Source: Candidatus Saccharicenans sp.
GTDB taxonomy: Bacteria; Acidobacteriota; Aminicenantia; Aminicenantales; Saccharicenantaceae
Direction of reading: 5' to 3'
Assembly: GCA_024653215.1 (NCBI GenBank)
Contig: JANLFU010000001.1
Location: forward strand, 269,492 to 333,491
DNA: 64,000 bases
In this document: positions 55,982 to 64,000 of the stretch, piece by piece
Layout of the letters: every line of letters starts with the position of its first letter
Numbering within the stretch: the first letter of the stretch is position 1
The notes under the pieces: generated by a model
Database searches by the model: none
The model's input: only the letters and a program-made list of their open reading frames with translations
Told to the model about the DNA's origin: nothing
Translations under genes and position numbers: made by a program

Positions 55982-57331
55982 TCATTTCTCCTTTTCCCTT
56001 TTTCTGAATTTTTCCAGCAACTCCGTATAGCGGTTGCTCAGGTCCACCTCCCGGCCTTCAATGAATACCTTTTCAATCCGGGTGCCGAGTTCCAGCAGGT
56101 CGCCGTCGGCCAGGACGATGTTGGCCTGTTTCCCGGCCTCCAGGCTGCCCATGAGCTTATCCACTCCGAATATTTCAGCCGGGTAGATGGTTACTGCTTT
56201 CAGGGCTTCCAGCCGGTCAAGTCCGAAGGCCGCCGCCTTGGCCGCATGGTAGGGAAGGTCCTTGGCCGCGCTGGAGCTGGAGGAGGAGAAGGCGATTTTC
56301 ACCCCGGCCTGGTTGAGCAGCACCGGGTTCATAAACAGTGAGTCATAGCCGTCTTCCCACACCGGCGGCTGGTCATAGAGCGAACCGATGAGGCAGGGAA
56401 TGCCAGCTTTCTTGATTTCCCCGGCCACCTTGTAACCCTGGTGGACCCCATAGAATATGGCCTTAATCTTTTCTTCCTGAACGAAGCGTATGGTCTGCAG
56501 GATGTCCTTGTCGGCCTGGACTGAAAAGATAACCGGCAGTTCTCCCCTGACCACCGGCAGCAGGCAGTGGCTGGTTTCGTCGAAATCGGGCCTGGGTAGC
56601 AGAAGGTTTTTCGCAGCCTGTTCTCTTCTTATCTCGTACATTCTGGCCCGGTGAAACAATTCTTTAAGCTCGGCCAGGGCCCGGTCGGTGGAGACGGCTG
56701 CCTGCTGGGTGCCCATGCCCATGAATCCTCGCCTTCCACCCCTTATGCCCGGAAGCTCAACCACCAGGGCCAGGCTTTCCTTGATTACCATTTCCCGGTT
56801 GGTCCAGCCGTCGAGCTTGACCAGGGTGCTCTGCCCGGCTATCAAGCCGCCGGAGGGGGCCACCACCGCGGCCACGATTCCGTTGGCCCGGGCGATTGGT
56901 ATGTGCATGGAGTCGTACTTCAGGGCTTCGATGGCCTTGACCTGGGGGTTGATGCGCCCGGTTTCCCGGTTATCAACCGTGGCCGAAACGCCGCTTATCT
57001 CAACCAGCCCCAGGGAAGAATAACCGTCGATCATTCCCGGGTAAGCGGTCAGGCCCCGGGCCTCTATGATTCTGGCTCCGGCTGGAATTTCCAGGTTGGC
57101 TCCAAGGGCCTTTATTTTCCCGTTCTCAACCAGGATGGTTCCCGAGGGAATTTCCTGGCCGACGACCGGGACAATACGGACGTTGACGATGGCCTGCAAA
57201 GCTGACCCAGGACCGCTATTTTCTGTGTCTGTCCGGGCTTCTGCCGGCGACAACAGCCAGGTGGTTAAAAGTAAAATTAACAGGAATGACAGCGGCAGAT
57301 ATTTCTTAAAGCAAATTATTCTGCTGAACAT
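55982..57331 (-). CDS. Secreted amidohydrolase-superfamily protein (prolidase-like subfamily), lacking the HxH motif
   Basis: Signal peptide. The beta-strand-1 motif reads PGMIDGYSSLGL at about 57010-57045 (expected PGxIDxHxH). The C-terminal GSLEAGKQANIVL block is conserved among the three paralogues. Confidence 0.75.
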   Translation of the reverse strand: MFSRIICFKKYLPLSFLLILLLTTWLLSPAEARTDTENSGPGSALQAIVNVRIVPVVGQEIPSGTILVENGKIKALGANLEIPAGARIIEARGLTAYPGMIDGYSSLGLVEISGVSATVDNRETGRINPQVKAIEALKYDSMHIPIARANGIVAAVVAPSGGLIAGQSTLVKLDGWTNREMVIKESLALVVELPGIRGGRRGFMGMGTQQAAVSTDRALAELKELFHRARMYEIRREQAAKNLLLPRPDFDETSHCLLPVVRGELPVIFSVQADKDILQTIRFVQEEKIKAIFYGVHQGYKVAGEIKKAGIPCLIGSLYDQPPVWEDGYDSLFMNPVLLNQAGVKIAFSSSSSSAAKDLPYHAAKAAAFGLDRLEALKAVTIYPAEIFGVDKLMGSLEAGKQANIVLADGDLLELGTRIEKVFIEGREVDLSNRYTELLEKFRKREKEK

Positions 57332-58638
57332 CAGTTTCCTCCTTTCCTGGCCGCCTCTTCTCTTTCCTTGATTACCTGCTGCCGGTCGAAGTAAACCTCG
57401 CCTTCAATTATGGTCAGGTCGCAGCGGGTATAGGCGCTCATCGGGTGTTCGTTGAACAGGGCCAGGTCGGCCTGTTTCCCCACCTCGATGCTTCCCACCA
57501 GGCGATCAACCCCCAGCTGGCGGGCGGCGTTGATGGTTACCATCTTCAGGGCTTCATCCGGGGTCAGGCCGTACTTGACCGCCTTGCCGGCTTCATTGAA
57601 CAGGCGGCGCACCCTTTCCGAGCTGTCGGAGTTGATGGAGACCAGGACCCCTCTTTGAGTGCAATAGGAAGCATTGTAGGCAATTCCCTCGGCCGCCTCC
57701 ATCTTGTAGGCCCAGCTATCTATGAACACCGAGATTCCAACCCCGGCGGCCAGCAGCTCATCGGTGATCTTGTAGGCTTCCCAGGCATGTTCGAAAGCTC
57801 CTATCTTGAACCCGAATTCTTTAGCCAGGTTAAGAAATTCCACCATCTCGGTAGCCACGTAGGCATGGCAGCGGGCATAAAGCTTGCCGCGCAGCAGGTC
57901 AGCCAGGGTTTCCAGCCTGAGGTCCTTTTTGGGAGGCAGGAGGTTTTCGGGCGGGTTTTTGGAATTCCTTAATTTTTCATACCTGTCCCACTCGGCCAGG
58001 TAATCTCTGGCCCGCAGCAGTTCCCTCCTGATGATGGCGTTGGCTCCCATCCTGGTGGCCGGGTAACGCTGCGGACGGCCGGGGAGAAGAGTGCGGTTGG
58101 ACTGCTTGACGTTTTCACCGAGGGCGAACTTCAGGGTGGGGTAGGCTTCCCTGACCACCAGCTTTTCCGAGGGCTGACCCCATTTCATCTTCAGCACGAC
58201 GTTGACCCCGCCGATGACGTTGGCGCTGCCGTGCATGGTGTGAACCATGGTCACTCCGCCGCTCAGGGCAGTGAAAATGGCCGGGTCGTCGGGATTGATG
58301 ACCTCGGCCATGTTGACTTCGGGGGTGATGGCCTCGGTACCCTCGTTGGTGCCGGACAGGGCCAGGTGGGTATGGGTGTCGATGATGCCTGGAATCAGGT
58401 ATTTGCCCTGGGCCTCGATGATTCTGGTGCCCGGGGGTGCGGTCAGGTTCCGACCAATCTGTTTAATGATTCCATTAGTTACCAGGACATCTCCGCCGGT
58501 GATGGGTGGGCCGGTGACCGGAAGAATGGTGGCGTTCTTGATCAGAAGGTTGCCGGCGGCCAGCAGCCAGCTGGCCGAGCCGGCCAGCATTATAACCAGA
58601 AGCAGTATGAAAATTGGGAGACGAGTCAGATTTTTCAT
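57331..58638 (-). CDS. Secreted amidohydrolase-superfamily protein (prolidase-like), canonical
   Basis: PGIIDTHTHLAL HxH motif; C-terminal GSIEVGKQADLAL; ATGA overlaps with both neighbours. Confidence 0.8.
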   Translation of the reverse strand: MKNLTRLPIFILLLVIMLAGSASWLLAAGNLLIKNATILPVTGPPITGGDVLVTNGIIKQIGRNLTAPPGTRIIEAQGKYLIPGIIDTHTHLALSGTNEGTEAITPEVNMAEVINPDDPAIFTALSGGVTMVHTMHGSANVIGGVNVVLKMKWGQPSEKLVVREAYPTLKFALGENVKQSNRTLLPGRPQRYPATRMGANAIIRRELLRARDYLAEWDRYEKLRNSKNPPENLLPPKKDLRLETLADLLRGKLYARCHAYVATEMVEFLNLAKEFGFKIGAFEHAWEAYKITDELLAAGVGISVFIDSWAYKMEAAEGIAYNASYCTQRGVLVSINSDSSERVRRLFNEAGKAVKYGLTPDEALKMVTINAARQLGVDRLVGSIEVGKQADLALFNEHPMSAYTRCDLTIIEGEVYFDRQQVIKEREEAARKGGN

Positions 58639-59975
58639 TGGCCCTTCTCCTCGTAATTAAAGAGAATTCCGTCGACCAGCACCCTGACCACTTTGGTCTT
58701 TTCTCCGAACAGGTCACCCCTGGTCAGGATGAGGTTGGCGATCTTTCCGGGTTCCAGGGTGCCCAGTTGCCGGTCGAGTCCCAGGATCCGGGCCGGTTCC
58801 ACGGTCAGGGCCCGGAGGGCGGCCTGGGGCTCAAGCCCGGCCTTGATGGCGGCCTGCAGATTCCTGGCGAAGCTTGACTCGGACAGTCCAAAGCTGGTCA
58901 GGGCAAAGGTGATATTTTCTTTTAGCAGGGTGGCGGCGTTGGCCGGATAGATTTCAGCCTCGGCCTTTTTTCGGACGGCTTCGCCCTGCTGATTGTAAAT
59001 GCTGGCATTGGGAGGCCTGAAGTCGAGAGCCACCAGCAGGGGAACCCGGGCCTTCTTCAGATGTTCAGCGGCTCTCCAGGCCTCGTTGCAGCCGGTGAGA
59101 ACCGCGTTCAGCTTGAATTCTTCTATCAGGCGCAGCGCCCTCTTGATATCCTCCTGGTTGTTGCACTGGAAGACGACCGGTCTTTTATCAACCACAAAGG
59201 GTACCAGGGCTTCCAGGAAGGGGTCGTATTCGGGTCTTTTTAAGAAGCGCGGCGAGGACTGGTATTTTTTCTGGTGGAGGGCATAGTGGCTGGCATCATA
59301 GAATTTCTGCCGGATGAAGGCTACCGTTCCCATCAGGCTCGAGGGGTAGACTCCGCCCCTTTCGGTGGTGAAGTTGACATGCAGAGCCCAGGGCTGTTTC
59401 AGGACCATGCTGTTTGGCTGGTCACCATTGAGGTTAAGAACAACGCTCTGTCCCTGGAAAATTCCACGGTTCGGAGCCACCACCACCGTGGTTACTCCGG
59501 CCCGGTGCCAGGCTTCAACCGTCTGCTTCTTGGGCTTTATTTCCTTGAAGACCTGGAGCTCGGGAAACTGCTGGGGAGTGGCTGCCTGGGTATAGGCACC
59601 CAGGAAGTCTTCAGCCGTCTGGGGTTGTTCCTGTTCCCTGGTTTCCAGGAAAAGGTTGGTGTGGGCTGAAATCAGCCCGGGGTAGACGGTCAGCCCCCCG
59701 GCCTCAATCACTTCCGCGTCTGCCGGGACTGTAATCTTATCAGCGGGGCCCAGGGCTTCAATCAAACCGTCCCGGACGATGATGGTGCCTTTTTCAATGG
59801 GCGGGCTGGAAACCGGGACCAGACGACAATTTACCAGGGCGTAAACCGGTTTGACTTCGGTTGCTGCGGCCGGGAGGGCGAGAACCATGGCCACTCCCAG
59901 CATAAGCAGAATCAGAAGCGGCAACCATTTCTTCTGTGGCCAGGGCTGATGTTGCTTCCGCAGTTTTTGTTTCAT
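58635..59975 (-). CDS. Secreted amidohydrolase-superfamily protein (prolidase-like), HxH reduced to AHTN
   Basis: The ORF opens at 60014; an ATG at 59975 (MKQKLRKQHQPW...LLILLMLGVAMVLALPAAA) follows GGAAGGAGG. The motif reads PGLISAHTNLF at about 59651-59686. Confidence 0.75.
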   Translation of the reverse strand: MKQKLRKQHQPWPQKKWLPLLILLMLGVAMVLALPAAATEVKPVYALVNCRLVPVSSPPIEKGTIIVRDGLIEALGPADKITVPADAEVIEAGGLTVYPGLISAHTNLFLETREQEQPQTAEDFLGAYTQAATPQQFPELQVFKEIKPKKQTVEAWHRAGVTTVVVAPNRGIFQGQSVVLNLNGDQPNSMVLKQPWALHVNFTTERGGVYPSSLMGTVAFIRQKFYDASHYALHQKKYQSSPRFLKRPEYDPFLEALVPFVVDKRPVVFQCNNQEDIKRALRLIEEFKLNAVLTGCNEAWRAAEHLKKARVPLLVALDFRPPNASIYNQQGEAVRKKAEAEIYPANAATLLKENITFALTSFGLSESSFARNLQAAIKAGLEPQAALRALTVEPARILGLDRQLGTLEPGKIANLILTRGDLFGEKTKVVRVLVDGILFNYEEKGQ

Positions 59976-60504
59976 ATGCCTCCTTCCTTGTCGGGCTTCA
60001 GGCCGTACCCGCAACCACGTTGGTGGCCGAGGTGGAGATTGAATTTGATCGAGGCTATATAACTGTGGCCAGAGCCATAAAAATCAAGGCGAATTAACGA
60101 TGGTAATAGCAGCGGGGCAAAGCCGGAAGCCGCGGTTTTAATCTTTTTATTCAAAATATCCGCCAGGCCAGTCGGAAAAATTCTTTAGAAAAAATATCTT
60201 ATATCTGGAAAATTTGATGTCAACAAGAATATTTTTTTCAGGTTAGATTATTTTATCTGGGCAAGATAGCCTGAATTGGCGGGGCTGGTGCAGATGGACA
60301 GATTTGGTCGGGGCATAGGATCCACAGCCTCCATCTGAGCATTTCTTAAAGAAGCGGTCTTATGGCCTTAAAAGTCTGGCGGGGTTTTTAAAATAAAAAA
60401 GATAACGATGTGAAAATAAAGACAGGCCCGATTTATCTGTTACTTATTGCGGTTTCTGTTCAGTGATTCTGGCTGTCGAGGTAAGCCCGGAAGTTGTCCT
60501 TTCC

Positions 60505-60533
60505 TTGTCTTGAGTTCAAAAATGTAATAGAAT
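60505..60533 (+). promoter_or_regulatory. Candidate promoter for the small OMP gene
   Basis: TTGTCT at 60505-60510, a 17-bp spacer, TAGAAT at 60528-60533. Confidence 0.3.
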
Positions 60534-60587
60534 TAATGACTAAACTGTGGGTTGGAAACATTTCATAATATATATAAGGAGTATGAG

Positions 60588-61043
60588 ATGAAAAAAATTG
60601 CCATCCTGTTGGTTATGGTCCTGGTTCTGATGATGGCAGTTCCGGGCCAGGCCCAGCAGAAAAAGTTCGGCCTGGGTATCATTCTGGGCGAGCCAACGGG
60701 CCTCATCGCCAAGTACTGGACCAGCCGGACCACGGCCTTTGATATAGCCGGTTCCTGGTCTTTTGCCGGTGAAGATTCGTTCCACCTGCATGCCGATTAC
60801 CTGTTTCACAGCTTCAATATCTTCAAGGTGGATAAGGGCCAGCTGCCCCTTTATTACGGAATCGGGGCCAGGCTGAGCCTTCAGGATCAGACCAGGTTCG
60901 GCATCCGTATCCCCGTAGGCCTGAGCTACATGTTTGACAAAACCCCCATTGATATCTTTGTTGAAATAGGTCCGGTGATGGATGTCGTCCCGGCCACCGA
61001 GCTGCACATTCTCGGTTTCATCGGCTTCCGCTATTATTTCTAA
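60588..61043 (+). CDS. Small outer-membrane beta-barrel protein (OmpW/OmpA-like 8-strand class)
   Basis: The ORF opens at 60552; an ATG at 60588 follows AAGGAG. Signal peptide MKKIAILLVMVLVLMMAVPGQAQ; amphipathic strands; C-terminal FRYYF aromatic terminus. Confidence 0.65.
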   Translation: MKKIAILLVMVLVLMMAVPGQAQQKKFGLGIILGEPTGLIAKYWTSRTTAFDIAGSWSFAGEDSFHLHADYLFHSFNIFKVDKGQLPLYYGIGARLSLQDQTRFGIRIPVGLSYMFDKTPIDIFVEIGPVMDVVPATELHILGFIGFRYYF

Positions 61044-61499
61044 TCATGTCAATTCGGGGTAGGCTGGGGTGCCCGGAATTATCCGGGCCTAGCTCCCGGT
61101 GCTTTTGATGCCTGGTCGTTAACCCTGAGACTGACCAGCATTTCTGATTTAAGGCTGCGGTTTAAGTCTGGTTTTAATCGCTGTGGGGCCAGGAGGTCAG
61201 AGTCAGTCTGGACAGCCAGGAGCGGAATCAAGGTCGCCGAGATGATGAATATAATGGTATCCATCTTTGATGGCCTTAAAAGGATAACGATAGACCGGCT
61301 ATTACCCACACCCTTTTTCTTGGTCCGGCCTTCCACCACGAAAGAAGCCTCCGGGTTTCCTTTTTACTCGCCCGGGAGGCCGGCAGCCTGGCCTTGAGAT
61401 GTGGTAACCGGCGATCCGCCCCCTGGGAAAACAGTGGAAATTGGCTACAAAATGCTTAAAATCTTATAAGATATTATGGCCGTCTAGAGGAGACGCGAG

Positions 61500-63551
61500 G
61501 TGCTGACCCTGGCCGAAAAAATTATTTTGACCATTCTTATACTGGCAACTTTTATCCTTTTCTTTTTCCCGGTTGTAAAACGGGTGCTGATCCTGGCCCG
61601 TCTCCAGGCTGCAGCCCGGTTTGATTCCCTGCTCAGGAGATTCTTTTACACCGTCTCCCGGGTTTTCCTGCAGCTCTGCACCCTGAAAAATGAAAGGCCG
61701 TGGAGCGGTGCGGCCCATCTCCTGATTTTTTACGGGGCCCTGGCCTTTGACACCATGACCATTAACCATGTCATCGAGGGTTACGTTGATGGCTTTTACC
61801 TTTTCGGACAGTCCTGGCTGGGCCGGCTTTTTTCAGCCTCGGTTGACCTTTTTTCCATAACCGTCCTGGCCGGCGTGACCTTTTTTGCCATTAAGCGGTT
61901 TGTGATCAGGCCACGGGCCTATGATACCGGTGCCCGGGATTCGGCCCTGATCTATCTTTTTATTTTCCTGGCCGTCAGCACCTTCCTGCTGTTCAACCTG
62001 TTTTCCGTGGCTCTCCATCCGGGAAGCCAGACCTGGGCTTTCCTCAGCCGCTTTCTGGCCGAAAAATTCCTGCCGGCCTCAGTGTCCACTATCACCCTGG
62101 AGCATAACCTGAAACTGGCCTACTGGCTCCATGCCCTGGCCGTCTTTTCCTTTATTTCCTATGTGCCGCATTCCAAGTATTTTCACCTGTTTGCCGGACC
62201 GGTCAACCTGTTTTTCCGGAGAAACCGGCCCACCGGTCAGATGCCTCCCCTGAACCTGGAAACAGCCGAAACTTTCGGGGCAGAAAAGGCCACCGATTTC
62301 AGCTGGAAGGATGGCCTGGACGCCCTGGCCTGTGTCGAGTGCGGCCGTTGCCAGGATGTCTGTCCGGCCTTTCAGAGCGGAAAGGCTCTTTCGCCAAAGA
62401 TGGTCATCCTGAACCTGGAAAAGCATCTGCTGGCGGAATACAAGAACATCAAAAAAGGCGGGGAAAACCTGCCGGCCCTGGTGCCGGGCGTCTTCTCCGA
62501 GGAGGAGATCTGGGCCTGCACCACCTGCGGGGCCTGCCTTCACGTCTGTCCCTTTGACATAGAACATCCGGATAAGTTGTTGAGCCTGCGCCAGAACCTG
62601 GTGCTGGCCCGGGGACGTTTTCCGGGAGAGTTGCGCAAATTTTTCCACAACCTGGAAACCTATGGCAATCCCTGGGGTTTGCCCGTCTCCAGGAGGGCTG
62701 AACTGCTCCGGGAACTCGGGGTGAAAACTCTTGATGAGTACCCCGAGGCCGAGTACTTGCTGTGGCTTGGCTGTTTTGGCACTTTTGATGACCGGGGCCG
62801 CCAAATTGCCGGGGCCATGGTCAGGATAATGAAGTCGGCCGGCCTCAGGTTTGCAGTCCTGGGAGAGGAGGAGCGCTGCTGCGGCGATTCAGCCCGTCGC
62901 CTGGGAAACGAGTATCTCTTTCAGACGCTGGCTTCGGCCAACATCAAGAGCCTGGCCCGTTTCAGGCTGAAGGGCCTGGTTACCTTCTGCCCCCATGGCT
63001 ATAACGTTTTTAAGAACGATTATCCGGCCCTGCTGGAAGTTCTCAGCGATTTGAGCCCCGAGGCAAAGGAAAGAATCCGCTCCCTGCGGGTCCTTTCTCA
63101 TCTGGAGTTACTGTCCAGCCTGATTGAACGGAAAAGGCTTCCGCTTCAAAGACCGGATGAATCAGGAACCGGGGGCTCTTTTACCATTCATGATTCCTGC
63201 TATTACGGCCGCCACAACAGACTGCTGGCTGAGCCCAGGAAAATTCTCGGTGCCGTCCTGGGCGAAAACCTGCGGGAACTGAAGAATTCAGGGGAACACA
63301 GCTTTTGTTGCGGGGCCGGGGGCGGGTTGATGTGGACAGAAGAGAAGGCTGGGAGACGGGTCAACCACCTGCGGAGCGATGAGATAATCAGGAATGGCAG
63401 CCGCCTGGTGGCCACTTCCTGTCCTTTCTGCCTGACCATGCTCCAGGACGGCCTTCGCGACCGTGGCGCCGACGAATTCCGGGTGCTGGACGTGGCCGAG
63501 ATTCTGGCCGCGGCCCTGCAGGATTCTGGCCCGGACACTACCAGGTCTTGA
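61500..63551 (+). CDS. Membrane-bound Hdr-like protein: N-terminal NarI/HdrE/DsrM-like multi-TM domain fused to an HdrD/DsrK-like domain (2x[4Fe-4S] plus two CCG domains)
   Basis: Six TM helices with conserved His residues; CVECGRCQDVCP and CTTCGACLHVCP ferredoxin motifs; two Cys-rich CCG repeats (CFGTF...ERCCGD and CYYG...FCCGAGGG). GTG start per the ORF track. Confidence 0.7.
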   Translation: MLTLAEKIILTILILATFILFFFPVVKRVLILARLQAAARFDSLLRRFFYTVSRVFLQLCTLKNERPWSGAAHLLIFYGALAFDTMTINHVIEGYVDGFYLFGQSWLGRLFSASVDLFSITVLAGVTFFAIKRFVIRPRAYDTGARDSALIYLFIFLAVSTFLLFNLFSVALHPGSQTWAFLSRFLAEKFLPASVSTITLEHNLKLAYWLHALAVFSFISYVPHSKYFHLFAGPVNLFFRRNRPTGQMPPLNLETAETFGAEKATDFSWKDGLDALACVECGRCQDVCPAFQSGKALSPKMVILNLEKHLLAEYKNIKKGGENLPALVPGVFSEEEIWACTTCGACLHVCPFDIEHPDKLLSLRQNLVLARGRFPGELRKFFHNLETYGNPWGLPVSRRAELLRELGVKTLDEYPEAEYLLWLGCFGTFDDRGRQIAGAMVRIMKSAGLRFAVLGEEERCCGDSARRLGNEYLFQTLASANIKSLARFRLKGLVTFCPHGYNVFKNDYPALLEVLSDLSPEAKERIRSLRVLSHLELLSSLIERKRLPLQRPDESGTGGSFTIHDSCYYGRHNRLLAEPRKILGAVLGENLRELKNSGEHSFCCGAGGGLMWTEEKAGRRVNHLRSDEIIRNGSRLVATSCPFCLTMLQDGLRDRGADEFRVLDVAEILAAALQDSGPDTTRS

Positions 63552-63581
63552 GCTTCGCGGTCGTTTAAGGGCACCAGCTCC

Positions 63582-63610
63582 TTGCCAGATGGACGGAAAT
63601 CGGCTATAAA
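63582..63610 (+). promoter_or_regulatory. Near-consensus sigma70 promoter for tRNA-Arg(CCG)
   Basis: TTGCCA at 63582-63587, a 17-bp spacer, TATAAA at 63605-63610; the tRNA starts 9 nt downstream. Confidence 0.45.
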
Positions 63611-63619
63611 TAAAGCAGT

Positions 63620-63693
63620 GCGCCTGTAGCTCAGTTGGATAGAGCGACGGACTCCGGATCCGTAGGTCGCGCGTTCGAATCGCGCCAGGCGTA
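63620..63693 (+). tRNA. tRNA-Arg (anticodon CCG)
   Basis: Cloverleaf: acceptor GCGCCTG/CAGGCGT (G1-U72 wobble), D-arm GCTCAGTTGGATAGAGC, anticodon stem ACGGA/TCCGT with loop CTCCGGA, T-arm GCGCG-TTCGAAT-CGCGC. Coordinates may be off by 1 nt. Confidence 0.75.
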
Positions 63694-63710
63694 CTCTTGC
63701 TTTAAGAGTC

Positions 63711-64000
63711 ATGCTGGTCAGACGAGGGGCGGTTATCAAACATAAACTGGTTTCCTGGCCAAGACTTCAGGCTTTTATCAAGGCCCGTGGTTATGCTTCT
63801 TGCTTTCTGTTAGTTCTTTTTATCCTGGCGGCCAGTGCCCCGGCTTTGATTGATGGGGCTGGTGCAGGCGATCTTGATGGAGTCCCGCCTTTTTATTCTT
63901 CTTCTGTTTTGTCCACTGCAAACCGGGCTGACCAGCCCGGGCCGAGACCAGAAAGCCGGTTCCTCCGGGTATTGAGGGTGATAGACGGCGACAGCCTGGA
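63711..64000 (+). CDS. Membrane-anchored thermonuclease (SNase-like) family protein, 5' fragment; gene continues past the window end
   Basis: Manual translation from ATG 63711 gives MLVRRGAVIKHKLVSWPRLQAFIKARGYASCFLLVLFILAASAPA...RVLRVIDGDSL. It has an N-terminal TM anchor and the RVIDGD(T/S) motif characteristic of staphylococcal-nuclease homologues. Confidence 0.5.
   Translation, partial: MLVRRGAVIKHKLVSWPRLQAFIKARGYASCFLLVLFILAASAPALIDGAGAGDLDGVPPFYSSSVLSTANRADQPGPRPESRFLRVLRVIDGDSL

Noticed and set aside
60281-60293. 13-mer GGGGCTGGTGCAG repeated at about 60281 and about 63851
   Set aside because: A single 13-mer repeat in 64 kb of GC-rich DNA is expected by chance, and no extended similarity flanks it.
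61079-61339. 86-aa minus-strand ORF in the 456-bp spacer before the Hdr-like gene, ending inside a GCCCGG-AATTAT-CCGGGC hairpin
   Set aside because: Weak RBS, no family signal, and the longer frame is mostly low-complexity. A 61-aa TM-containing sub-ORF (MDTIIFIISATLIPLLAV...) is possible but unsupported.
1-64000. CRISPR arrays, rRNA genes, IS elements, toxin-antitoxin pairs
   Set aside because: On visual scanning I found no spaced short direct repeats, no rRNA-like conserved tracts and no transposase or antitoxin-like ORFs. The only tandem repeat, at 14955-14984, has two units without spacers.

Overview
A 64-kb, GC-rich, gene-dense stretch of bacterial chromosome with about 60 protein genes and two tRNA-Arg genes. 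The envelope is Gram-negative-type: many signal peptides, outer-membrane beta-barrel proteins, a YfgM-like TPR protein, and RodZ/FtsEX. I found no rRNA genes, CRISPR arrays, integrases, transposases, helicases or toxin-antitoxin pairs. Most genes are recognisable housekeeping functions:
- DNA repair: recO, mutM, an Nfo-like AP endonuclease.
- Cell division: rodZ, ftsE, ftsX.
- Translation: gatB, gltX, rpmE-prfA-prmC, rsmD.
- Central and cofactor metabolism: a porGDAB 2-oxoacid:ferredoxin oxidoreductase operon, thiC, fabH, pfkA, hutU, hypF, queH.
- Secreted hydrolases: a BNR/sortilin-like protein, a metallophosphoesterase, an M14 carboxypeptidase, a prolyl oligopeptidase, an M20 peptidase and three tandem amidohydrolases.

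The items I think most deserve a second look are:
1. An orphan 435-aa gene sitting directly on tRNA-Arg(CCT), with an operator-like palindrome upstream and a perfect tandem repeat downstream.
2. A tandem array of three amidohydrolase paralogues, two of which have lost the HxH metal-binding motif.
3. A c-di-GMP module: a GGDEF-PilZ fusion cyclase, an HD-GYP phosphodiesterase, and a coiled-coil protein between them.
4. Two unannotated hydrophobic micro-ORFs (30 aa and 58 aa), each coupled by an ATGA overlap to a membrane-protein gene.
5. A 1396-aa activase/dehydratase-type fusion protein.
6. An orphan fused HdrE/HdrD-like (DsrMK-like) membrane protein.
7. thiC with no recognisable canonical TPP riboswitch.
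8. Spaced direct repeats and a 25-bp palindrome upstream of the BNR gene.
9. An unusually long AT-rich intergenic region (59976-60587).

Everything rests on reading the sequence and on family-level motif knowledge. I ran no database searches.
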